Shown: positions 14,016 to 26,752 of the stretch, in pieces
Position numbering within the stretch: the stretch's first letter is position 1
Layout: each line of letters begins with the position of its first letter
Source: Auanema rhodensis
Taxonomy: Eukaryota; Animalia; Nematoda
DNA: 64,000 bases
Assembly: GCA_964057225.1 (NCBI GenBank)
Contig: OZ059898.1
Coordinates: 8,990,001-9,054,000, forward strand
Direction: 5' to 3'
The notes under the pieces: generated by a model
The model's database searches: none
What the model was told of the DNA's origin: nothing
What the model saw: the letters and a program-made list of their open reading frames with translations, nothing else
Position numbers and translations under genes: made by a program

Positions 14016-14237
14016 GATGTAGATGAGCATGGTCAATGTCAATGTCCTTGTTTAATTGACTATTAGTTTGAATAAATCAATTATATATGAAATAAATTTG
14101 AAATCAAAAAACAAATTGATTAAAACTTTGTTGGATAACATATATCTCAAATAATATTATATAATATAAATCTATAATAATAATTTAAATGAAAATCATA
14201 TATGTATAATCTTACGGTATACAGTTTTACAGAAATA

Positions 14238-15408
14238 ATGGAAAAAGATTATGTGGATTTTGATTGGGATATATTTAAATATACTGTATTGGTAATTAAA
14301 TAAATATATAAATATAAAATATTTTTGAATAATTTTCTAGGCTTCATCAATAGTTGCAGTATTATTACATATATTTAATATAATTCAAATATTATTATAT
14401 AATACAAAAAATACATTTTTCTTATTATGTTTATATCAAGCAATCGCTCATACTATTTCATCAATTACTATAATAATATACATATTTTTTGGTAAATATA
14501 GTAATCGGTTTGTTAAATATAAATTTTATTTATTTTAATAATAATCTTTCTTTTTAAGTTTAATAGATGATATTTCGGGATCAATTATCAGTCTTGTTAC
14601 ATTACAAAGTTCTGGAATTGATATTGTTTTTGCATTAAATCGATTTATAGCAATAGTATTTTGGAATCATTATGAACGTATATTTCGTCCAAAATTATGT
14701 TTTGTATGTAGATTAATCAAAATATAAAATATATAAATTATATTTTAGCTTTATACTATAATACCATTACCTATCTATTTTGTATATGATATTCTATATT
14801 ATTCTTTAAAAGGTTTAAAATATATATTTTATTTTAAAATTTAAACAAAAAAATAATAACTTTCTTTTAGAAACTGATATACGTCGAGAATATATGGAAC
14901 AATCTCAAATTCTCTATGGATATACAACTTGTGCAACAGCTTTAGTTATCAATATATGTACATTAATAGCAATAATACGATATAAATGCAATACAGTTAG
15001 TTTTACATCAATTTATATATTATATATAAATTTATAAATCTATTATAGAAACGCATGAATGATGATTCAAGACTTTTACGTCGAAATTTAGTTAATTTTT
15101 TCGTAACAACTATCCAACTTTGTTTAACAGCACTTACATATACTCCATTACTATTTCCTATTCAATATAATACAATGTATAATTTAATATTATATTTATT
15201 ATCATTTCATAGTACAAAAGATTTAGTTCAAGGGTAATTTTAAATATTTTTTATTTTAATTACTAAAACTTTTTTTTTCAGTCTTGTAGTTACTTTAACA
15301 TTATCATCAATGAACATCTCAACTATAAAAATAGAAGAAATAAAGAAAAAAGCTGAAGAATTTATTAAAAAAAAGCTGAAACTGGGTAGAATTCGAACAG
15401 CTTATTAA
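14238..15408 (+). CDS. Serpentine 7TM chemoreceptor, Srx-like
   Basis: Seven exons splice into an intact ~290-aa hydrophobic protein with TM3 motif FALNRFIAIVFWNHYERIF; ends ...RIRTAY*. Confidence 0.75.
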
Positions 15409-15754
15409 GAAATTAAGATATCATAGTATTAAAATAGGAAATACTTTATACATATGATGCTGAAATTTGATATAATATTATATTTTCAATTGTATATATA
15501 TATGTATATATAATTAATTTTCTATTATTATTTAAAAATCTTTTATTTTTCAATCATATCTCTTCTTGTACTTTGTTCAAATTATTACAGCTCGTGCTTG
15601 TTTGGATTAATAAACCACAAGGTATTAAACAATTACTTGTTTTTCAATAACTTTGCTGTGTTTTTTAATTTTGAAAAAGCTTTGTGTTTTGAGAAGATTT
15701 ATTTTCAAGTATTATTACATTTATTATTATTTTGTTAGAAAGTAGTAGGGAAAT

Positions 15755-16398
15755 TTAACAGAATCCGCATGTAGCAGGACATTCAGTTTTCATTAAATTA
15801 TAATATGCACTATTTCGGCAAAGTGCAAGCTTGCTAGAACATTCAGACTTTCCGGTTCTAGTATCAACCTTGTCCTCACATACTAAATATATAAAATAAT
15901 TGAATGGCATTGTTATTTTTCTTCATAAAGAGTATGAAGAGACAAATACTTACAGCAGAAACCACAAGTTTCAGGGCATTGCTGTTGCATGAATTTTCTA
16001 TAAAGAGAGTTGTTGCAATAAGCTGTTCTTTGTGGGCAATCCGATTTATTATCCTTGGACAAATCAACACATCGCTCAGCTAAAGGGTATAACCTTAAAA
16101 GCATTTATTTTTTTGATTTTTTACCGGAATAGCAATCCTCTGGGCAGCAGTGTTGTCCGAAACTTCTCATTCCTACGGGGCACATGCCATTCATTTTGTC
16201 TAGAAAGTAGAGTTTGAGGATAAATTAAGACAACATTGATTATTTCCAAAACAGAAAATTTGTTATGAATTCTTATATATAATGAACTTCAAGTGTAGAT
16301 ATTGATATATTTTGAAACTTACAGTATTTGTTTCCTGAGCAAGATTGTCCTAAGGCTAAAGCAGACACAGATAACAGACAAACGATTGTGCGAATCAT
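15755..16398 (-). CDS. Small secreted protein with two ShK (ShKT) domains
   Basis: Signal peptide MIRTIVCLLSVSALALG; CVDLSKDNKSDCPQRTAYCNNSLYRKFMQQQCPETCGFC and CEDKVDTRTGKSECSSKLALCRNSAYYNLMKTECPATCGFC*. Confidence 0.9.
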
Positions 16399-17008
16399 TT
16401 TTTAAACAATTAGAAGCAGGTGAACCGGTTGAGAACATGGTTCGCTCCATACATTTCATTCTTATATAGATATTTTAGTACCAGGCTATCAACTAGACGA
16501 CATACAGGTGAGCTAACAAGAATCATGCTCTGCATCAATGCGCTTACAGTTGAATCCACTTTGCTTGACATCATTCAATTCAGCTCTAGTCTCTTTAGAT
16601 AATCTAAAAACCAGGTCATTTGCTTAAAAATCAAATAATCAAACAAACGAAATGAAACTCTAAAAGGGAATCCCAATTCAATTTTTTTTACTATCTTAAA
16701 TGTTTATTCCGGGATAATCTATAACGTGAACTACAAAATAGAATTCTACAAATCTGCTAATAAATCTAAAGTATGATACAAATATCAAAACAAATAAAAG
16801 TTCCTGGCAAATGATATGAAAATCCTGATATCTCAAGAACTAATGAAAGAATTTGGACTTATTAGATATTCATGAAAAATTGCTTTCAGCAGTTACAGAA
16901 ACATTTTAAAACTAATACATATAAACAAATGGAGATCGAAAACGAAATTCAAAGATGAAAACAAAAACTATACGAATGTCATTGAACAGTTTTGACAAGA
17001 TAATACCA

Positions 17009-18929
17009 TCAGAAAAACGATATATCCGGATATTTACGTGATATATCCATTGTCAGAGGATGAGGCAGCATTAAGTCAAAAGTTTCCATAGTTGATAAAG
17101 TTTCTCGTTTAAATGCAGCTACTTTCTAAAAAATATTAAACTGAATGATTATATTAAAGATTAAGAATTGCCTGAATATTATTAATCCTAAGTAGAATTG
17201 CAGCAAAACGTGATGCAGTCTCATCCTGATTTTTCAGTTTCTGAATTGAATTGAAATAATATTGGATCTGGAGGTGTAAAAAACTAACATTTTCTAGATA
17301 ATGTCGAAGAGAATCTAGTAATCTTCGTCTTTTAGCTGATATTAACTGCACAGCAGTTATTGAAAGAGCTAGGCACTCTGTAACATATTAATCATGAAAG
17401 TGAAAGAAAAAGCAAGATACCTGGATCATAGAATAAGATCGCTTGTAATAAAACATATTCAATTTTTGTTAATTTCATTCGCCTGATAGGAACCAAAATA
17501 TGATTTATAACTCCGACCACTGTTGGAATCAATCCACTTCTTTCTTTTAGAATATTTGCAGTTAAATTACGAAAACTAGAACAAATTATGAATCATATAC
17601 ATGAAAATTTGAATTTTAGAACTTACCCGCTTAACCCATCAGGAAATACTATCCTATCAGTGTACTTTTCGGGAGTATCAAAAGCTTCAGCTAACACCAA
17701 ATTAGAAAAAATAGTGTGTACTACTAGTCTTTCTTGATCTTCTAGTGATAATTTATTGAAAACCTATTTTTTAAAAATTCAGTGATTAAGCTACCCAACG
17801 CAATCACCTCAAAAGATTTAGCCCACTCCACAAGAACAGACAAAATTTTAGCCCTCCAATATGAAAAATTTGTAGGAAAACCAGGCGTCATTGGCTCCTT
17901 TTCAAACTAAAGCAGCACATTTTGTCAAAACAAAGAATAATTACAGCTTACTTTCGTAAATGCTTGGTCGAAAAGTTTTTCTCCTTTAGTTAAAGCCTCT
18001 CGAAGGCTACTATGTATAGGCATAACCGCAGATTTCAGAAGAGCTTGATATCTAAAAAAGGGGCTTAAAGATTAAAATAGAAAATATTGAGTTTGAATAA
18101 TTAGGAGGATTGCTGACGATAAAATCATAGAATATTAAAGAACAGTACTTTCAGAACACACCTGCTTTCTTTGTCCATAAGCAAAACAATTAGAGGATCA
18201 TCAACCATGTTATCATTTTCTTCATGTATTGATGCTTGTTTTTTGCTAGCCTTTCGTTTCCGTCTTCGTTCAATATTGAGCTCTGAAGAGATTTCATATT
18301 AAACAAACTATATAGAATACAAACCATCTCTATCCATTCCTAATTGAATACATTTCTTAAAGCGACAGTGCCTGCACGAGCATCGCAAATTTTTGTCAAT
18401 TACACAGTTTCCTTTAAATTTACATGAATATGTTCTGTTCTAAAATTATAATATAAACAAAAACATTTGAGAATAAGCTTGGGAAATACCTCTAAAACTA
18501 CTCTCCTAAAAAATGTTTTACAACCATTACAAGCAGCAACGGCGTAATGAATTCCTGAAGCAGCATCACCACAAACAACACATAGTTCTCCTTGAACAAA
18601 ATAAATTATTTGGAACAGAATAATTTATAATACTATATAAGAAAATATTTTATTGTTTTTGAATTCACTAAACACTAAACGTCATTTCATAATTTTTGGT
18701 CGAGTAATGCGGTAGCCTATTGGCATCTCATTTTATACGCATTTAACAAGTGAAAAGGGATGTTTAGACGATTTTATGCACATATTTATATATTATTAAT
18801 ACATACAGTTAGAAATAACCTACCAGGAACAATTTGACGTGCTTCTTTTTTAGATTTACATATATTATTAGGCAATAATGAATTTAAATTATTACGATCA
18901 TCGTTGCAAGCGTCAAACGAACTTATCAT
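17009..18929 (-). CDS. Nematode supplementary (HNF4-derived) nuclear hormone receptor; start codon uncertain
   Basis: Zinc fingers [33 protein letters not shown]...[30 protein letters not shown] (CNGCKT P-box); ligand-binding-domain motifs WAKSF, DQERL, RFAAILL; ends ...KYPDISFF*. Confidence 0.9.
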
Positions 18930-21900
18930 CGGATGAGCTGCGTTCTTCTTATTCTTAAAAAATTCTGCTATTGAATATTTATGGATTACAATGAGTATTG
19001 AGATCAAATGAAAGAAAAATAAACAAAAACAAAAGAAGAAACAAAAGAAGAAACAAAGTAAAGAGAAAGTAACATGAAAGAATGAATATAACAAAAGAAC
19101 GATTCTATAATTATTGAAGAACAAAGTTTGAATATTGTATGAATATTGTATTGTAATATGAAGAATGAGAATTATCAATAATAGTAAAGTTTAATGATTC
19201 TTTAAAATAAAAAACGACCATTTACACTATATTTTCGATTTGTTAATAACGACACACTATTAGATCATAGATCAGTTCGATAGACACAAGACGATTGGAG
19301 CGAGAAATGGGAGAGGAAATGCAGAGGAGAAGAAGACAGAGAACAAAACGAGGATGATGAGAGTAAAGGGAAATATCAGAGGAAAAGATCAGATTGAAAG
19401 GACAAGTAACTACTAACAATGCAAGATTATGTTTTGTGAGAATTAAGATACAAGAGTGAGGTCAGAGATAACCAGAGTGCAACAAAGATATAGGAAGCTG
19501 TAAGAATTAATTGTAAACTTATATATTATAAACAGCATTTATCTTGTTGTAATGCAACAGGAGGGAGCTTGTTTCCCACAAGGTATTCAAAACCATAGAT
19601 AGAATAAAGGATAAAACAAAAGATTAGTAGTTTTAGAAACCAGTGAGTATTGTGGAGATTATGAGAAAGGAAAACGAGAAAAGAGATGAAATCAGCGAAA
19701 AGACAGAGATAGGTAGTAATGAGAATGTAGAGAAAGAGAGAAAAAGACAGGAAGAGAGGTAGAGTGAATTATGAGCAATTGACGAGAAGGTTTGAGCAGA
19801 GAGCATCAGACAGAATATCTGCGTCTGATATTTATGTAATAGACACATGAATAATTAAAAAAGAAGTTTATTAAAGAATTCAATATTTCGGTTGTATTAG
19901 TTATGATATATAACAAAGATCATTTAATAAAAAGTGAACAAGTTTGGGAAGTTAATGACAAGTTCTCTGATTCTATTGAACTGAAAATGATAATATATCA
20001 TATAATTCTTATCTATACCAATCTTTATAAGTTATTTTTTATCACGAAATATCAAAACATGTATCCATATGTATAATATTAATTATATAAATATAATTAT
20101 ATATATAACTATAATTATAAAAAGTTATTATATAGATATATGATGTGAAAACTAATATACATGTATGAGATATCTACATGTTTAATTTAAAAGAAAAAAA
20201 GGAAGAAAAAATATAAAGAAGAACATCATTAATACAGAAACTGGCTTCATGTGACGTCATCTGATTGAAAAGATGAAAAGATTAAAAGTAGAAATCTGAC
20301 CAAAACCTATTGAAACTTTAGCCAAAACTACTCACATATGTATATACAAGTTAGTAATTGAATAATATAGAGAAACTATTATATCAATATAATATTTAAA
20401 ATAAAATAAAAAAATTTGTTAAACATCATATAAATGTATTGAATAATACTTTTAAAGATAATTAGTTTGAGAGAAATAAATTAAAATAATTAAAACACGA
20501 CAAAGAAGTTTAATGATATAGAGAAATTTATTGAATATTATATTTTATATATACATATGTACTTATTTGAGAAAATCAGAATATGAAAAATAAAAATTTG
20601 TATAGTAAAAGAAGAAAAAGTTTGTACAATTCATTATATTTTACAATCATGATTTCTCATGTTATAATGAAAAATAAAATGTTTTTATCCGATCAACATG
20701 CTCGTCGAACAATAAAATATTTCTTTAGAAATGATCAGTAACTGCCATTTATAAAAGAAAATGCTGAAAAAAATTTGTTTACAATAGGAAAACATCTTTC
20801 ATACAAATAATAATAACAATAAATATAAAATATTATAATAGATTATGATTTAAGCCTAATATAGGATATATAGAAAATATTAATAAGATGATATTATATA
20901 TACATATATATATATATACATATATAGATAGATACCTAAAAATATGAAAATAGATGAAAAGAGAAATAGTTTATGAATATTTTCGATTGAATTATGAGTT
21001 TGACCATATGACATATGAATAAATGAAATAGAGATTTAGGTATTGTATCCAACTAGTTCTTTATATTTTGACTTTCTGATATTCAGTTATATAAGTTCTT
21101 TAAATAAATAATATAAATTAAAAGATATACAATAACATATCTATATATATATATATATGTTAAATAAAATAAATATAATGAATCATACATATAATCGTAA
21201 AACATGTTAAGATAGATGATTATAACATAGAATTCTCTTATAAAATGATAAAAGATCAGTAATTTCATCAATGATTTACGCAATCATAGATTGCTTTAAA
21301 CGTTTATATGATAGTGAAACACTCAAAGTGCGATTATATACAGAAATATAACATCTACATACCAATGCTCACGTGAAATGTTACAAGTAAAACATTAATT
21401 AAGAGAGTATATATCTAGGCAATTGGTTGTATTTGCATTATAACTAACAAATTAATTTATTGTATCTAAATAGAAAAGAAAAATATCATTTTTCCATTAA
21501 AATTTTTTTTTTCAAAATTTATAGTTTGTATTTATATTTTTTGATTGTTTACAATAATATCTAGGATGTTTCATGATATTAATGAAAATCTTTTATAATC
21601 AATTAGTTCTGATACAATTAGTTTTTTAATATTTCTTTCTTTATTTTAAAACAATAAATAGTTACAACATTTTAATAGAATTTATTTATTTTTAGATAAG
21701 TTTTTTATTAGTCTTTTAAACAAGCTTTGGTCATCTGAAAGTAAAGAACGGAGAAAGTGGAAAAATAAGAGAATTAAAGATAAATTGGTGACCTGTCTGA
21801 TAAACGTACGTCCATGAGAGTTCATAATATGGGAAGAGAATTAGGAAGGTGAAGCAAGATAACGATATCCAAGTCGCCTTTCCAGTCTTTCTGTCCAGCG

Positions 21901-22028
21901 AGTCTGTTATGTTTCCAACATTGATTACTCTAGCTTCATTCGTTAATAAACTTTATTTTTTGTTTTTTAAAAATTTTCATTATTCCTTTACTTGCTTTTA
22001 GACTTTGAAGTTCTCTCAGTTTTCCAAA

Positions 22029-23400
22029 ATGAAAATCGGCTTCATTGGAGGAGGAAAAATGGCTCAAGCTTTGGCTAGAGGGCTCATAAACTCCGGTATG
22101 TTCAACATGTTCAGCTATTTCTTATAATTTACGATCTTCAGGAAGAATTGAAGCAGCAAATATCATTGCCAGTTCTCCCAAACAAGATGTTGGTTTGCTT
22201 GAACAATGTAAATCTTTAGGACTTCAAACAACTCACGATAACACTGAAGTTGTTCACAAAAGTGATGTCGTGTTTCTCGCTGTCAAGCCTCCACATGTTA
22301 GCAAAGTAAGATATTTCTGTAATATCTATTCAATAAAATAATTTCTTTTCAGGTCACTTCAGAAATTGCTCCAATTCTTAACCGTGAACAGTTAGTAGTT
22401 TCAATCGCTTTAGGAATAACTATCAGAAACATAGAATCAGTTTGTTTTCTTCAACAGAAACTCATCCAATGAGTATCATTTTAAGCTTTTGCCTTCGAAG
22501 TCTCGTGTTGTTCGTGTTATGCCCAATACACCTGCTGTTGTAAGAGCCGGAGCCTCAGCCTATGCTATGGGATCAGCCTGCAGGTTACCAAATACACTCC
22601 TGTATTAAAAGTTATTTTGCGATTTTTCAGAGATGGCGATGGTGATTTGGTTAAAGATTTATTAAGTACAGTTGGGTATGCAGTAGAAGTACCTGAAATT
22701 CACATTGATCCCGTAACTGGTCTGTCAGGATCTGGTCCTAGTTATGTAAGTTTCTTTTCACTCACAAACAAAAGCTTAAAACGTACAGAGTATCAAGCAT
22801 TGAAATAAGGGCTATTGGGTTATACCCAGAACAGTTTGTTATGAATAGAAAGAGCTAGCAAAGAGAAACTGCACAGTTCAACAGTACATTCATGATTACG
22901 TGTTTATTGATTTTGTAATTATTGACTTGTACTTTAGATGTTTGCTGTGATCGAAGGTCTAGCTGATGGTGGAGTAAAGGTTGGGCTACCTAGAGATTTA
23001 GCTATGAAATTGGCAGCCTATACTCTACTCGGAGCTGCAAAAATGGTTTTGGAAACAGGTTTCCGCATGCAATCAGGAACCAAATTGGAATGCTTTGTTT
23101 AGGAACCCATCCAGCGCAATTGAAAGATGATGTTCAAAGTCCAGGAGGATCTTCGGTGTATGGAATGCACAAACTTGAAACAGGAGGTTTAAAGGTAAGA
23201 AATAAATTTAATCATGATTAACCTTTTGATAACCATGTAATAAAGGGGTCAAAGTCGTACAGATAGCATGATTATAGTTGTTTTTCAAAAAATAATTTAA
23301 GGGAATCTTGATGGACGCCGTCGAAGCAGCTACTGAACGTTCTCGTAGAACAGGAGATAAAAATAATCAGAACAGAGACTTCAGGATTCAGGAATTGTAA
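22029..23400 (+). CDS. pycr-1: Pyrroline-5-carboxylate reductase
   Basis: [18 protein letters not shown] (Rossmann fold), [43 protein letters not shown]. Confidence 0.95.
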
Positions 23401-24778
23401 AAACTACTAAAATCTTCAAAAAGATTCAAATTATTTGATTTTTTATGTATTTAATTGCCTGAAAACTCTAACCCAAAAATTTTTTAATATGTGTACTAAT
23501 TAAATTTCAGCAAAGCTAAGTAAAAAAAATGAAATAATATTCAAATGAATTTAGATAGAAAATAAAAAAAAATTTAATTTTTGTAATAACAAAAAAATTT
23601 GCACAATCCCCGTCTTTCGAGATTAAAAACTGTAACATTATTGAACTAACTCAAACGACAAAAGTTATCAATTTTCTTGCTGATTTTGGTTATTTTTTTT
23701 GTTTTTTCCTTGTGTAATATTTATGGGTAGTTTAGAAATGAAGTTTTATTTTTATTAAAAATCCGTATGGAACCCCTTATATAGTTAAGTTTAAATATAG
23801 TTTTCTGATGTTTGTTGTTTAAACATCCGAAACAATATATTTCAGAAGACAACGAGAACCTGAAGAACAACTGGACGATATTACAGAAGGACATAGATCT
23901 GCGCGCTACATGACTTACTAGTTATGCAATATATGATTATAATCATAATACTATGCGATTGAAATATTTTAAAATATATGTTTTAAAAGATTGACGGTTT
24001 TAATTAAACGAATATCTTTAATTTATATATTTCAAGTGTAACTTTGCTGAAAGATATATTACCATTATTTATCTATTGTATTAAAATTTTTATTATCTAA
24101 AAATAACTTTTAAATATTTTTTTTACTCTCAGTTTATTTGAGATAATTATCTAGCTGACGTTTGTCGTTGATTTTCGGAAACAGAAGCAAATATGGCAAT
24201 AATCTTACGTAACATTTAGTTTTGTAGTTTATTTTGTTTTTCTTGTTCAATATAAATTATGGAATAATACATGAATTTTGATATTAATTGATAGTCAAAC
24301 TGATTTATGACGAACTGTGATTGTTTCTTCAGAATATTAGGAGCAGAACTTCAGGTAAGAAAGTATAAACATCAGACTTATAGGTAAATTGTTCATTATC
24401 TTTGATTTCTAAAAAGATTTTCAATAGACTATGTCTGTCTTTCTAATTAGATTCAACTTTAATTGATTAATGTGTTATAATATTTTTTAATGAAGTCCAT
24501 ATTATAGAGATCATTTAATCAACGAAATTAAGATCTTTTTTCAATAAGAAATTAAGAAATAAATTCATTGTAAAACTATAGTTTAAAATAAAAAAAAAAT
24601 TCTTTTTCTTCATTCATACAATTTAAAATGATTTCATTCATACAGAAATGTACTCTAATTCTAATAAAAGCACAATAAATTACTATTATGAGATATATGT
24701 TTTTATATTGTTACTTTATTCTTTAACTTATGTCATATATTAACTATATTTAAATATATGAATTATATTTAATTATCA

Positions 24779-24780
<2 letters not shown>

Positions 24781-24809
<29 letters not shown>
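24781..24809. repeat. (AT)n microsatellite
   Basis: About 14 uninterrupted AT units. Confidence 0.9.
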
Positions 24810-24812
<3 letters not shown>

Positions 24813-25453
24813 GTTAATAGTTACATTTATTGTTTGATTTAAGTTCCATATATATTTTTTTTTGATTCAATTAATATATATTTTCATAAATAAATATATT
24901 ATTTTGCATCAAAAATGAGCAGAACTAAGGAGCAACTTATTTTTTCCTGTTAACTTTTTATATCTCTAACTTTTTTTTTATAAATAAGTATTGCATCTAC
25001 ATCACTTCTTTGCATAATTCCTATTGTTTATTTTAAATATATTGTATGAACATTCTTATTCTTCTTCCAAAAATGGACAAAAAGCTATTTTTTTATAAAT
25101 ATCTGCCAGCGAGCAACATCAAAACTTATACATATTATTGTAAAATAAAAATAAAATAATCTTTTCGATCAAATTATATTTTTAACTGATTTACTTGCTA
25201 AATTTAATATATTTATATTATATGTATATATAATATTTGGCCACACGAATAGATATTCTTAATCAGACTATTGAACTTTTTGGTATACATAATTGACAGC
25301 ATACATATATATTATATATGTATTATATACATATGTACAAGTATTATATAAAATATTATAACTGAATAGTTTTCGTGTTTCTTTTAATTTTTCTTTGTTG
25401 GTATATTCATCTTACTTTTTAGTTTCATCCCATTCATAATATCCTCAGTTTAA

Positions 25454-26752
25454 ATGATGATTCTAGAAATGATAGCATTTCTGGTAACAGATATACTAAT
25501 ATGCATATTTCAATTTACAACAATAACATTGGGAGGATACATGCTAATTTTATTTTTTAGGTTTAATCCTTTTATTTATTATATAATAAATATTATATTA
25601 TGTACTTTTAGAAATAGACATTTACGTAAATCAGGTGGTTTACGACTTATTTTCTTTTTGACTATATGTGATGTTATTTGTGCTATAGGCTGTAAGTTCA
25701 ATATTAAAATATTTTTATTAAATATATTTTATTTTTATTTTTATTTTAGCAATTCCATATAATACATATCTTATATTAGGATGGAATTTAAATGATTTAT
25801 ATTATGACACAAAAACTGTTGTTTATATATCTGTTGGATTAATAATTGAAGAAAAAATTCATTTAACTTTCACATTATCAATGGCCTTAGATCGTCTTAT
25901 AGTAATCATAATATATATTTTCTTTTTTTTTAATTCAAAATAATTTAATTTGTAGGCTGTTTGTTATCCTGCACATTATCGTAGAAAAAATGCAAGACGA
26001 TATGCTTTATATACATTACTAATAGCTATATGTATTGCTTGCTTTGATGTATTCTTGGAATTCTACTTAACTGAATATAGAGAAGTGCATAACTGTGCAG
26101 CAATTGGTTGTTTTCTTGATCCTATTTTTCTAGAATATTGGGGAATTAGTAACATGGTAGATTCAGTATATTCATATGTATATAACTTAAATTAACCATA
26201 TTTAGGTGATGGGATGTACAAAACTTGTTATTACAGTATTTGTTATCATAAAGATAAGGCAGATGAGTAAAACACAAGCTCATATAGCTTGGACAACCAA
26301 TACATCTTCTGATACTCGTTTTCATCAGGTTCTTTTAAATATTTTATGTTATATCATAATAATAATAATGATTATTATTATTATAATTATAATTTAAGGC
26401 TAATAAGTTATCATTTCTTGTATTATCAGTATCAGTTTCTTTTATAACTATACCATCAATTCTTGTAGCTGCTTCAAATACTTTAGAAGTATCAATATTT
26501 TCACAAATTGGACCTTTCTATCAACTTTTTTTACTGATGGCAGGTTAGAAATTAAAGAATTTGTATACACTCTCTCTAGACTCTATTATTATTATTATAA
26601 AATATAAAAAATTGTATTGAAAATTGTATATTTCAGCTACATGTAATACGTGTATATATTTAATATGTCATAGTGAAATGAGGAAATGTTCTAATCATTT
26701 GTGGAAACGTAAAGCAACTTTAAGCAATTTTACTTCAACAAATATTGATTAA
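25454..26752 (+). CDS. Serpentine 7TM chemoreceptor, Srsx-like
   Basis: Hydrophobic multi-exon ORF with LTICDVICAIG, SMALDRLIAVCYPAHYR, CAAIGCF, YWGISNM and CNTCIYLICHSEMR; stop at 26750-26752. Confidence 0.8.
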
